Assembly: GCA_038087875.1 (NCBI GenBank)
Contig: CM075985.1
Location: 14,198,001-14,262,000 of the forward strand
Origin: Malacoraja senta
Taxonomy: Eukaryota
Direction of reading: 5' to 3'
DNA: 64,000 nt
Shown: positions 36,550-49,250 of the stretch, piece by piece
How the letters are laid out: the number at the start of each line of letters is the position of its first letter
Numbering within the stretch: the first letter of the stretch is position 1
Notes under the pieces: generated by a model
Seen by the model: the letters and a program-made list of their open reading frames with translations, nothing else
Told to the model about the DNA's origin: nothing
Database searches by the model: none
Program-made: the position numbers and the translations under genes

Positions 36550-36653
36550 GCATTGCTTACAGGATTATTTGTTCAGTGTCCTGATGATCCATTAATATTT
36601 TTGGAAGAGAAAATTAAAGAACTACAAAATCAAAAAAATCAAGCTTTGCTATT
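36550..36653 (+). CDS. FBXL13: FBXL13 coding exon 2
   Basis: atag|ALLTGLFVQCPDDPLIFLEEKIKELQNQKNQALL|gtaagt; compare mouse ALLCGLLVTCPEDPLRYLE (RIIa/DPY30-like docking motif). Confidence 0.9.
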
Positions 36654-37041
36654 GTAAGTATAAAATCAAATTTGGAATTCCAGTTTCCTTCAAACATTCA
36701 CATGTTTATTGCTTGGAGCACTGCACCATTCCACTAATTGAAGATATTTGGGGCTTGGATTGTTAACTCAACTATGTCAATTGTTGTGATGTCAGCGATA
36801 ATTCTAGGGAGCCTTTGATCTTAGGGCACTTGAAAGTAACTTTGAAAGTAACTTAGAAAGTAACTTAGAAAGTAATTAGACATTAACTTTTTTGCATGAT
36901 GCCAACAAAATAATGCCCTGGAATGAGTACTTGGAATTTAAAAGATCACAAAATCAAGAAGAAATGGCAGTCACAACTTATTTGGATACATAGTTTACTT
37001 TAAACAATAACATTAAATTTTGCTTCCTATTTTTGTTACAG

Positions 37042-37071
37042 GACGAAGGGAGGTCATATGGATTTGAGCTG
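37042..37071 (+). CDS. FBXL13: FBXL13 30-nt microexon (phase 2-2)
   Basis: ttttgttacag|GACGAAGGGAGGTCATATGGATTTGAGCTG|gtgagt; keeps frame and supplies the conserved W of WD. Confidence 0.7.
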
Positions 37072-37774
37072 GTGAGTTCTTTTATTAAGATTAATAACAT
37101 ATACATTGCAAATCATGGACATTGAAACTAAATAACGTTATGCTTAATTTGACTGCAATCAATGTTTCCTATGTATATTCCAAACCTTTTCAGTTAGAAG
37201 ACTTCATATTGTCTAATTAACTGTGTTTTGTTGACTATAAATATTCAGGTATATGTCAGTTAAATGGTACTAACATGTAGAGAAAGAGACATTTTTCGCA
37301 GATATGATGATGTTAACACCGATTACCATACCGTTACTCGGACCAAAAGTCTGAAAGTCTTAAACGAGGAGGAATAAAATAAATTGTTATCTCGATTACC
37401 ATTATCATCCTCTCTTAGCTGATGAATCAGTGCTCCTCCACATTGAATAAGATTGGGAAGGAGCCTGAAAGTATCACATTTCGCTTGGGAGCAGTTGCCA
37501 GAGGAGCCCGCTGCTGCTCCAATTTTCTTTAGTTCTTAATAGGGATGTTTCATAACCATAAAAACTAAACCCTATCAATTAACCCACAGCATTTCATAAC
37601 TTGTCATGGTGTTTTCCCTAATTTTTCCCCAGTTTTCCCCAAAAAGTTTAGAGAACCTCATTCACTTTCCTCCATTTTCTCCCACATTTCATTTGTATAT
37701 CAAATAACTCGTGTTTTTGAATGTAAGAACATGTGAGAAAGTTATTTGATTCAAGGGGAAAAGATTTCAATGGA

Positions 37775-38358
37775 CTGATTTGATTTGATTTGATTTATTT
37801 CTTGTCATTTGAACCTCAAAGAGGCTCAAACGAAACTCTGTTTCCACAGCCATACAAACAAAACAATTCCTACAAGACACACAAACAATTCAATTTACAG
37901 AAAAACATCCACAGTGAATCTCCTCCTCACTGTGATGGAAGGCAAAGTCTTTTCTCTCCCCTGCCCCATTTTTCTCCCGATGTTGAAGCCCCAGGCGGGC
38001 AATGTTAAGTCCCACGGCCGTTGAGGCCGCGCCGGGCGGTATACAGCCTCGCTCCGGGCCCAAAAGTCACAAAGTTGGAGCCCCCGGCGGGCGCTGGATT
38101 TACGGCCCCGCTCCGGTCGTTCCAACCCCGCGACTCGAGCTGGAGAAGTTGCGTTGCGGGAGCTCCGGAAAGCGGTCTCTCACCCGGACCCGCGAACTCC
38201 CGATATCATAGTCCACAGGTCTGCAGCTGGAGCTCCGGAGTCGGGCCACAGCAACGAGCCACCACCGCTCCCCGCGCTCCGAGGCCGGCCAGCCCCACGA
38301 TGGTGAGTCCGCAGCTCCACAGGCTCCGCGACTGGAGCCCCCAGGTCGTCCCGGTCGG
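37775..38358 (-). mobile_element. GC-rich non-autonomous LINE-derived element with (AAATC)n tail
   Basis: (GATTT)n, stem-loop TTTGAACCTCAAAGAGGCTCAAA; near-identical to 46768-47468. Confidence 0.75.
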
Positions 38359-39673
38359 CCTAGGGATAGTACAAGAAAGTAACTCTGAAGTAAAACATTA
38401 GCTATGATAATATCAAATGATATCAGATGCAAGTGGCCTAATAGTCATTGAAGGCTGAATAGCTGACAAATCAGTAAATTTGCTAAACAATAACTGAAAA
38501 ACAGTTTAGTAGGTCCAGACCATCCACGAAAGATTTGTTATTCAATGCCATTAAGTGAATAAATCTTTCAATAGTTTACCGATTGCATAAGCCCTGGGTT
38601 TCTCGGTGCCACATGTTGTCCTATCATTTTATACTGTATGCAATTAAACGGTTTGATGATCTAAATGACTTTTAAAATATTAAACCAAGCATTTCCTTTC
38701 TACTCACATATGCAAATAATCTGTTTTATGTGTAGATTTTGTATATGATGATGTCAGTCACTGTACAAGTTATCAGAAAAAAATAGGTCATATTGCTCCA
38801 TATTGAATCAGATGTAGGGCAGCCAGAGCAAAACCTACTATTTGTCTATGCGGCAGTGTGAATTAAAGGGCCATTCACACATTTTGCACAAACTTCTGCA
38901 GTCTTCAAACAAAACTTTAACTTGATTCTAAATTCTGCTGACATTAACGACAGATTTAGGTGGATTCTATTGCCATTTTCAAATTTAAAACTCTTTTTTG
39001 TGAGGGTTCCACTGGGTATCCTGCATGAGCTGGTATTTCATGATGGGTGTCAGCGGCAGTGCAGATATGACTGAGAACTCCAAGATGGAGGATGCAGAGG
39101 CTCATGTTTGCTTTTTTAGAGTTTATAGGGAATTGTATTTCTACCTTAAATTTGTTGTTGTTGAAAATTAATAACTCTGGAGACCAAGTCATCCAGGGTA
39201 ATTTGCGACCTTCTACAGATATAGTTCAATCCACATATTTGTTCTTGGTAGATGTACCCATGGAAGCCAAGTTTGTCATTATCACCCTCAACTTCCCACC
39301 CTCCACCATTTGCTCTTCATTTTGACATCAAGAAGTTGATGGTCTGTACTCAAAGAAAAGCGATTTTCTTTACTTTTCCTTCAGCAGAGATTGATCAGGT
39401 GCACTGATTTGACAGCATTATAGGGTTTCCCAAGGCACGCAGGGTCTGAAGTGGTAGGGCTTAGAGAAAATTATGTTTTGGATTGTGATATCCTTATTAG
39501 CCACGAGAGCACGCTAAGCAGAAAAATGTGGATAAAAATATATTTTGCAAATTAATTATTTGAATTTATATCGATCAATTTTACACAGTTTGGCATCTTC
39601 AAGCATCTTTTATTTTTGGTGGTCTATTGTTCTGTTTAGTATATTTTCAATATTTTACTCCTTCCTCATGCAG

Positions 39674-39767
39674 GGACATGTTTATCACAGATGATTTCCG
39701 ACAAAGTATGACAAAAATGATAGGCAGTTATTTAAGCTATCTCTTTGATCTGGAAGCAGGTCAGGTG
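39674..39767 (+). CDS. FBXL13: FBXL13 coding exon 4
   Basis: catgcag|(W)DMFITDDFRQSMTKMIGSYLSYLFDLEAGQV|gtaagt; compare mouse WDTCI...TYLDELFGLDDQLV. Confidence 0.88.
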
Positions 39768-40988
39768 GTAAGTAGATTTCAATTTTCTATTTCCTAAAGT
39801 TAGATAAAGCCCATGGCAGGGTAAATGACAAATGAGTATTTCTAATTTACTCTAAATCTAGCTTTGAATTTATCAGAATTTAAGTTATATGTCATTGTAT
39901 TTCAATATCTCATCTGTGAAAAATTTAGAATGATTCAACACTTGCCAGTTACAATTCTATTTTTGCTTGATCATTTATATGTATTAATTAAACATAAATT
40001 ATGTTACACCCCTGCCGAACCTTTTTGTTCCATCTTTAGCTTCCTCACTGTCCTCCCCTACCCTTTGTGCTGCTGCATTTATATTTTTTGCCCCCCCCCC
40101 ACCATGGTCCGAGGGTTTACTGTAATGTACTCTAATTTAAAGCACAGTGTGATGTGTTGTTAATCTTATGTATCTTATGTAGCTTTTCCTGAGTTGTTTT
40201 ATCTACACACCAAATAAGATTGAAATCAGCGATGGGAGAGGGAAAGTTAATGTCATAGCGATTTGAAATTCCCTTGCTTCCTATTAATCCCATGCCCGAG
40301 TTATTTTAATAAGCATGTTTCAAGCACATCCAAAGCCCTTGTCTCAAGTGTTGAGGACCTTACTGACATGCAAAACCTATTGTATGATAGTAGGGATCGC
40401 AACTTTATTTTACCCTAAGGCTGTAATATACCATTTGACTGTGGTAAGCTAGCTCAAAAAGATAGGCCCTGTCAAGAGATTTTAATTTTTTTTTAAATTG
40501 TGTGTCCCAAAAGGAACATGAGCGGCACTCTAGAACACATAAGGAATCCTTGGGCCTTTCCTTGTTTGGATTTTCCTCAAGTCACCTCATAGACCAGATA
40601 ACTTTCTGATCTTCAAAATTTCAAGTAAAATCATTGTGAAATGTATATTTTTATATCCAGTGTATGGACCCCCCTCTTGAGGAGTTGATTGTTTCCAGTT
40701 GCTAACTAATACCATCTTCATGTCACTTTGATCAAGTTTGGGCTAGTGTTATGTGAATGAGATGCAAGAGTTAAAATGGTTCTTGTTTTCTGTTAGCAAT
40801 TTGTTATGAGCATTCCTCTATTGCTACATGAAGTCAGCAGGCTGGAATTTTAGAAGCGAAGTACAAGACAAAGCTGGCCATTATACTACAATGACCAATG
40901 ATGAATTTCAACATATTGGTCTTATTTTTAATAATTTTTAGACCAGAAGGAAAATATTAATTATTTACCTCTTGTATACTTTTTGCAG

Positions 40989-41056
40989 CTTCCTCCAGAA
41001 ATGCATGAGAAAGCATATCGGTTCCATTTGAACTCTTTATTGAAGAAGTACTTTTC
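40989..41056 (+). CDS. FBXL13: FBXL13 coding exon 5
   Basis: ttttgcag|LPPEMHEKAYRFHLNSLLKKYF(S)|gtgagt; compare TPELMIKACSFYTGHLVKTHF. Confidence 0.88.
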
Positions 41057-41600
41057 GTGAGTACATTTTTCAGAGCTATATTGTAAAAATAAATAAATAA
41101 ATATATTTTTTTAAAGGAAATTGTCAGTTGGTATAATCCCTTAATCACAAAGTTTTACAATAACGAGAATAGACATGGATTAATTTACTGTAAGGCATAT
41201 GTTTGATATTATGGATATGATTCTCTGTTTTAAGTGTCACTTAGTGTGTATCTGCAGACCTAGAGGGAAGCTAGGGAAGAAATTGCAGAGGCCCTTGCTG
41301 ATATATATGCATCATCTTTAGCTAAAGATGAAATATCTGAAGATGGGAGGGTGGTTATTTAAGAAAGGCAGCAAGGACATGCCAGAAACCAATAGGCTGA
41401 TAAGCCTGACATCACTGATGGGAACATCGTTGGAGGGGATTCTGAGGGACAGGATCTATCAGCCTTTGGGTGGGCAAGGACTGATTAGAGATAGCAAGGC
41501 CTTGGGTATGCAAATATGATGGTGTTTTTTGAAGAAGTTACCAAGAAAATTAATGAGGGCAAGAAGTGAACATTGTGAACATTGTCCATATGAACTTTAA

Positions 41601-44600
41601 TAGTAAGATTAAACGAGAACTTACCTAAGTTTGAAGTTTGATCTTTATTTTATGAGGAGTTACGTAGGTGATTACGTGAAGAACCCCGCCAGTGCGCCTG
41701 CGCGTCAATCTTCAAAGCAGCGGTGTGAAATCACAAAAAACAACAACCGAAGTAATATAGTCTCATAATAAAACGAGTAATACAAGAACTTCCATCTGAC
41801 CTTTATGATAGAGGGTAGGGTCGTGGTGGGCACGTAATCACCTACGTAACTCCTCATAAAATAAAGATCAAACTTCAAACTTAGGTAAGTTCTCGTTTAA
41901 TCTTACTATCTTACTTCGGAGTCACGTGAGTGACTACGTGAAGATTTTAAAGCTTTGTGATTTCATGCCGTGGATCAATCCCGGCTTCTCACTGCATAGA
42001 TTGACTCGGAACGAGAATAATCAATCATGCATTCATAATAACATTTGTACCACAAATGCAGTATTTCATTTCAATAATGAAATGAATCAGATCCCCTTTA
42101 AACCAGAGGAATTTACACAGAACTTAAAATAGTTTCTGCAAACAACCCCGCATTAACAATAGGCCGATGGTAAAAATGTTGAAACATCAACTCATTGGAC
42201 CATGGTCGACGGGGCCGTCTTTTGCCCTGGCCGCCGACGTTTCTGCTGCCCTAGCCGAGTGAGACGTAAAAACATAAGTGTTAATACCAGCAGCTGTTAA
42301 GACTTCTTTTATCCATCTGGAAATAGTCTGTATTGAAACTCTCTTGTGTGGTTTCTTGTGTGTGATCAACAACCCAGTTTCCGTATTCTCAAATTCTTTG
42401 TGACCTCAATGTATTGTAATAAATATGTCTTAATACAGAGACATGGATCATTTGGATATGCTGCTAGCATAATTTTAAATCCTGTCACACCTGGCCTAAT
42501 TTACTTTAGTAGGTCATAGATATAGAATGTAACCTTGTCTTCAGTTACTTCCATACTGTCTATTTGTAATTTTCCAAGTGTTTGCACTCGTTGTGCTGTC
42601 ACTCATGCCATAAGCATGAATACTTTCATACTGAGCTTGACCAAAGGTAAAGACACACTTGATGACCATTCACGAAGTAGTTTCAGTACCACACTTACAT
42701 CCCAGATTGTCACGTACCTAGGTTTCGGTGGTTTGGAATTAAAGATTCCTTTCATTAGTCTGGAAACAATTGGGTGTGACCCAATTGAGTTTCTTTCTGA
42801 ATCCAGAACCAAATATGAGGACAATGCACTTCTGGCTGAATTAATTGCACTACAACTCAGACCTTCATCATAATAAAGTTTTGACAGAAATTCTAAACAT
42901 TTGAAATATCTGCAGTACTTTATTGCACATTCTTTTGTACACAGAACTCTTCCCATTTCTTAATATAAGAAAGGTACTGTTTTTGAGTGCTCTTCCTCCC
43001 GGCTGCCGTAAGCATGTCCACAGTATGCTCAGACAGTCCTCGTCCCAGAAAAGGCATTCTTAAAACCTGCAAATCAACAAATCCAAACGATGATATAATG
43101 GATGTTGTTACCCTGTTACAGGGTGCAGCAATAAATTACTCCTTTTTGGGACTTTCATCAACATTTGTGTTGTTAATTCTAATATCAACAGATACCATGG
43201 CTGTATAGGCCAATCTGGTACTACCAATACCCTTGAAGCAGCATCTTGCCTGATTTTAAGCAAACATTGGCTTATGAGGCAGAAAGGTGGAAATATATAT
43301 GAAAACATACCACCCCAATGTAGCGAGAAAGCATAAATCGCCACTGCTCCTGGATCTGGTTTCCATGAGACATATCTCGATAGCTGATGATTCAAGTCGA
43401 TGTCGGTCATTCCAAATCTGATTACTATATCATTGAATACCTCTTGATTCAACATCCATTCTTTATTATCATGGAACTTTTCGTGACCAGGTGTCTGCTA
43501 TCGTGTTCATTCTACCTGGTAGATAGATAGCTGAAAACCAAATGTTCTTTTCAATACACCAAGATCGAAGTTGATTTAACCATTTTGTCACATGACACCG
43601 ACTTAATTCCACCCATATCATTAATATAGGCAACTACTGTTGTGTTTATTAATTTGAACTTGAACCTTCCTTTTAGTTGTGTTAGAACCATAAGCTTGGA
43701 GTCCATAGAAACCTCCTAAAAGCTCCAAATAGGTAATTCCCCATGTCTGCAGTAACACTAACTTTTCCTGATTCCATCTGCCTCCGCAGCTCCATGTTAA
43801 GTCAGTTGCACCCCATCCTAGTGCACTGGCATCAGTTTGTAATATCATGGAAGGTTGTTCAATCAGCACTTTGCCTGAACTGCTTGAGACATGTAAAATC
43901 CACCACTGCAGCTTAGAAACAGCATTTGTTGTTACTTGCATTGTTCTATCAAAATGACCAGCATTTATTCTCAGTGCCTGTTCTTTAATTCTCTGCAGCT
44001 GTTGATAATGTAATGGTCCATACTGGACTGCTGGGAATCTACTAATTTTCCCAGTACTCGAGCCACCTGTCTGATTAGAGGTTTTTGCTCGTTTAACAGA
44101 TTACTGCAATCTTTAATCAACTCCACCCTTTTTTCACTGGGCAAAGTAATTTGCATTTGGGCTAAATCAATTGTGAACCCCAAATAATTAATCGAGGTAC
44201 ATGTTTTTAACCTTGATTTCTTTGGATGAATTTAGAAACCCCCAAACTTTCAAAAGTTTGATTTTATTACTGCAACCGATGCTTCTGTTGACTGTTTTGT
44301 CCTTCCTATAATCAGGACATCATCCAGGTATGCCATTAGTACATGCCCCTGGCTCTCAGCAACCCCAGAATTGATTTTTATAAATATTCTGGAAGGGAAC
44401 GTTAACCCTTTAGGCAGAGCTTTGAACTGCCCTAATTGGTTCATCCATGTAAATTTAAAATACTTCATATCTTGCAAGTGAACAAACACTGAACAAAAGG
44501 ATTCAGACTTGTCAAGTCTATAATAATCCTACATCCTCCATCCTTTTTTGATCGAGGGAATATATTTGACCCAAATTGGTGAATTTGGTAGATTGATTCT

Positions 44601-46316
44601 TTAATAACACCTTTTATATATAGGGTTTTGAAGCGCAACTTGAACCTCCATTACTTCGCAAAGTGGAGAGTTCTGCTAGGAACATGCTGGACAGGCAAAT
44701 CATAATTTGGATTGAAATCCTTGTATATTATTCAGAATTACCACATCTGAAGTAATCTTCTTCCAATGTTTATAGAAGAGACGTAATCTGCCTCCAACTT
44801 CTGGACTTAATCCAGTTAGTATGTTCCCCTGAGAACCAGGTCCACCTACCTCTTGAGTCATTTGAGTGTTTTGAGATCCCTGGATTCTCCCGGAAGCACA
44901 ACCACTTGTCCTTACTCCCGCTGCAGGCCGCCAGCTCCGTCCCTGCGTTGATGAGCGACTTGGTCCTGGTCTAGGATCCGTATGACGTCTGAAAGGATAC
45001 TTCCTCTTTACAGACTTTGCAACCATTGATGTATTTATCAATCCTGTTTTCGCTTCATCTTCCAACTCTTTAATACGTCTCCCGAGATCTCTCCAAAGAG
45101 TAAGTTGGGTAATTGTACATTACTTGGTGTGCAGAGTGCTGCGAATTTCGGATTCATAGTAGACCGTATAGCACTTTCCTCAGATAATTGATCTCGAAGT
45201 GGGTGCTGCATAGCAACCCCAGTGCTTGCTGATGCAACTTCGTCATCTTTTGGTTGTTACCTGCTATTCTGGTAAAAGCAGTTATTCCAGAACCCAGCAG
45301 CTTTAATATTCTCTGCAACTGATTCCAGATAATTTGATTCACTGCTGCTGCTTTCAGCAACCCACAGTTACTTCTTGCAGTCTCATCCATTTCCTGCTGT
45401 TCCAGCTAATGGTAAACCAAGTAATTTATTAAGGAGGCCAGTTCTTCTCCTAATGGCTCTCCTGACCCTGACGGGGCAGCGAAACCTACTGCCAGGGGTG
45501 GAACATCTGGCAGCTGCCGTTCATCGCCTTGTACAGCCTCACCGTCAGAGTCGGGGTCTGAAATCTCATGACCCGTAGCACGCTCCTCATTCCTGAGGGT
45601 GCATTCCATCAGCCCTGAGCCAGGTGCTGTTAAGCTGCTCCTGCAGCTTGGATTACAGTACACTCCTTCCTGAGTGAACTTTGCTCCAACAGCCTATGAA
45701 AAAGGCTTTCTATTTGGGCAATACGCTCGAAAGCAGTATCTAGCCCTGTACCAGGAGCTGTTTGAGCTGTTTCCAGCAGCTTGGCTTTCAGAACACTCCT
45801 CTCTGAGTGAACTTTGCTCCAACAGCCTATGTAAAAGGCTTTCTATTTGGGCAATACGCTCGAAAGCAATATCTAGCCCTGGAGCTACTTCCATTGCCTG
45901 GGACTCCCTCCGTTGGGATTTAAACTTTGTCTTTTGCCCGACAGGCGCTGACTGTGTTTTCACCAGCTCCAGGTCCACAGTCGCTATGCTCACCGCTGGC
46001 GACTGTACCGGGGTTTAGAGGCAGTTGGTCTCTAACCGCGGACTCCCGACTTTCCCGACTTCTGTCGGCTGTGTCGCTCGCCTCTTCTCCCTGTCCGTTT
46101 TTTCCATGGCGTCTGTGGAAAAAATCCCCATAGACCCACAGTAAACGGACCTGGAAACCTGAAAAAAGTTTTTACTTACCTTGTAGTTGAAAAACTACAA
46201 ACCACTCGAGGAGCACTGCTCCTCACGTCCGTTTGCGTCAAGGCGTCTGACGTAATGACGCGCAGGCGCACTGGCGGGGTTCTTCACGTAGTCACTCACG
46301 TGACTCCGAAGTAAAA
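41601..46316 (-). mobile_element. DIRS1-type tyrosine-recombinase retrotransposon, full-length structure with decayed ORFs
   Basis: Gag-like region (45150-46110), RT (AYLDDVLIIG), RNase H (QTDASALGWGA), methyltransferase-like (YVSWKPDPGA..FPPF..VVPDWP), YR (SAINSARSALS, FTSHSARAA); inverted termini and internal complementary region at 41831-41945. Confidence 0.93.
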
Positions 46317-46767
46317 CAAGTCCTTTGATAGTCTGGAAGATAGGGTCACAGGGAATCCCAAGTGAGTTAGCCAAATGGATTTAAATTTGACTTGGTGGAA
46401 GGAGCTGAAGGGTGGTTGCAGAGCATTACTTTCCTGATTGGAGGCTTGTGACCAGTGGTCCACTGCAGTGGTTAATGCTGAGCCCACTTTATTTTTTATC
46501 AATGATTTGGTTGACAATGTAATTAATTTGTAGATGACACCAAAGTTGGTTGAATCGTTGGCAGTGCAGAGGGATATATAAGTTTACAACAGAATTTAGA
46601 TCAGTTTTGAAAGTGAGTCAAGGAATGGGTAATGAACTGTAAAGCTGACAAGTTTGAGATGTTGCATTTTGGTATATTAAGCAAGGGCAGAACTCTCGCT
46701 GTAAATGGTAGAGCCTTGGGAGAGTATTATAGAATGGTCTAGAATTTTAGGTGCATGGTTCCTTGAA

Positions 46768-47468
46768 AGATTAGATTAGATTAGATTAGATTTTATTACT
46801 TGTCATTTGAACCTCAGAGAGGCTCAAACGTAACTCCGTTTCCACAGCCATACAAACAAAACAATTCAATTTACAGAAAAACAACCATCACAGTGAATCT
46901 CCTCCTCACTGTGATGGAAGGCAAAGTCTTTTCTCTCCCCTGCATCATTTTTCTCCCGATATTGAAGCCCCAGGCTGGCGATGTTAAGTCCCACAGCCGT
47001 TGAGGCCACGCCGGGCGATGTACAGCCTCGCTCCGGGCCCAAAAGTCACAAGTTATAGCCCCCGGCGGGCGCTGGAATGTCCCGCGGCCATTAAAGCCGC
47101 ACCGGGCGAAGCACGGCCCTGCTCCGGGTCGTTCCAACCCCGCGACTCGGGCTGGAGAAGTTGCGTTGCGGGAGCTCCGGAAAGCGGTCTCTCACCCGGA
47201 CCCGCGAGCTCCCGACGTCACAGTCCACGGGTCTGCAGCTGGAGCCTCCGAGCTCCGGAGTGAGCAGCAACGAGCCACCACCGCTCCCCACGCCCTGAGG
47301 TCAGCCAGCCCCACGATGGTGAGTCCACAGCTCCGCAGGCTCCGCGACTGGAGCCCTCAGGTCGTTCCAGTTGGAGGCCGCTCCACGGAGCAAGGCCCCA
47401 ACGACAACGGAGACCCGACCGGGAAAAGGTCGGGTCTCCCATGCAGGGAAGAGATTTTTTAAAGTTTT
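46768..47468 (-). mobile_element. GC-rich non-autonomous LINE-derived element with (AATCT)n tail
   Basis: (GATTA)n, TTTGAACCTCAGAGAGGCTCAAA stem-loop; same family as 27860 and 37775. Confidence 0.75.
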
Positions 47469-49250
47469 TTTCTTTGGAGCATAGGAGGCCAAATGGTGAC
47501 TTTATTGAAGTATATAAAATTACGAGGAGCACGGATAAAGAGAATGTTCAGTCTTTTTCCAAGTGTGGTGGATTCTAAAACTAGAGGGTATCTGGTTAAA
47601 GTGAGGATAGAGATTTAACAGGGACCTTAGGTATAGCGTTTTCACTCATTGGGTATTCGATATCTGGTGCAAGCTGCCTGAGGAAGCTATAGAAGCAGAT
47701 ACAGTTATGACTTTCATAAGACATATATGTATATATGGATATATGTATACGGTATATGTATATATGGCTTTGGCAAAATGCTAGCAAATGGGGCTAGCCC
47801 AGAATGCCAACATGGTTTGTATGGACAAGTTGGACTAAAGGGCCTGTTTCTATGACTATGACTTTATGACTTATCTGGTCCTGGAGATTTATCCACCTTA
47901 ATATTTTTTAAGAATGCTAGCACCTCCTCCTTGGTAATTCCGATACTATCCAACACATAATTACACATTTTCCGATATTATTTTGCTTCCATGATTTTCT
48001 CCTCAGTAAATACAGATGGGAAATACTTGTTTAACATCTGGCCTGTCTCCTGATTTTTGCCTCACAGACAACCATATTGGTCCTCTTGTTGCCTGCATAA
48101 TTTCCTTCTTAAGTGTACTTCTACATTTCTTATATTCCTCAAGGAATTTGCTTGATTCCAGCTGCCTATCCCTGACATTTGCCTCCTTCTTTTTCTGGCT
48201 TGAGCCTCCATATCCCTCCTCATTCAGGGTTCCCTAAATCTTCTAGCTTTGCCCTTTTACTCTAACGGGAACATGCTACTTCTGAACACACCCGAACTCA
48301 CCTTTAAAAGCTTCCTATGAGCCAGGCATCTCTTCAATTGATCTTCCAATCTTCTTTTTTAACTTCATGACTAATATCATGAAAATTGTCATTAGCTCAA
48401 TTTAAGAATTTATCTTGTGGACGAATCCTACCTTTTTATTAATATTTAAAAACTACGAGAAATATGATCACTGAAAACAAAGTGTTCCCTTACTGAAACT
48501 TCTGTTACCTGCCTTACCTTGTTCTCTAGTTGGAGGTCTAGCTTTGCATCCTCTCTTGGGCTATCGATATATATGTTTTCATTTCTAAAAACGTTAAGAA
48601 GCCCATTGCATTGTGGGATTTCTACTCAATATGAGGGAAGTTAAAATCACCTATCATTACAATCCTATTATTCTTAGAGATATCTCCAAAGATGTACAGG
48701 TTTGTAGGTTGTGTGTGGGAAGAAACTGCAGATGCTGCTTTAAACCGAAGGTAGACACAAAAAGCTGGAGTAACTCAACGGGTCAGACAGCAACTCTGGA
48801 GAAAAGGAATAGGTGACGTTATCCTTCTTCAGACTGAAGTCTATAATATCCTATGTACCAATCCGCATCCTGAGGTCATCTGACTTACCCGTCAGGTTTC
48901 TTGCTTTAAAACAAGTATTGTTTTATCTATGAGACAATCCTCACTCCTGAACTTGCTTGTCTTCTCTACTGAACTTACTTACATTAACATCTATATCAAG
49001 CACCATTTTTCCCATCTGCCACACAATTGCTTTACAAAAAATGGTTATAGATGTTAATGTAAGGCTACACATGGAGTATTGTTCAGGTTATCATATTATA
49101 AGAAAGACGTATTTGGTGCTGGCAGAGGATATGATATGAAGATGTGATTCAGGCGAGAGATTAGTTAAACTGGTCTTACTTTCTCTGGAGTGATGGAAGC
49201 TGAGGGATGACCAGATAGAAATATATAATAGTATGATTGGCATGGTTAAG

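Larger units (their letters stand above)
41258..47862 (+). mobile_element. Old CR1 element split by the DIRS (41601-46316) and GC-rich (46768-47468) insertions
   Basis: FKKGSKD..NRLISLTS..LEGILRDRI before the DIRS; the sequence resumes CAAGTCCTTTGAT (MDFSKAFD region) after it. Confidence 0.75.
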
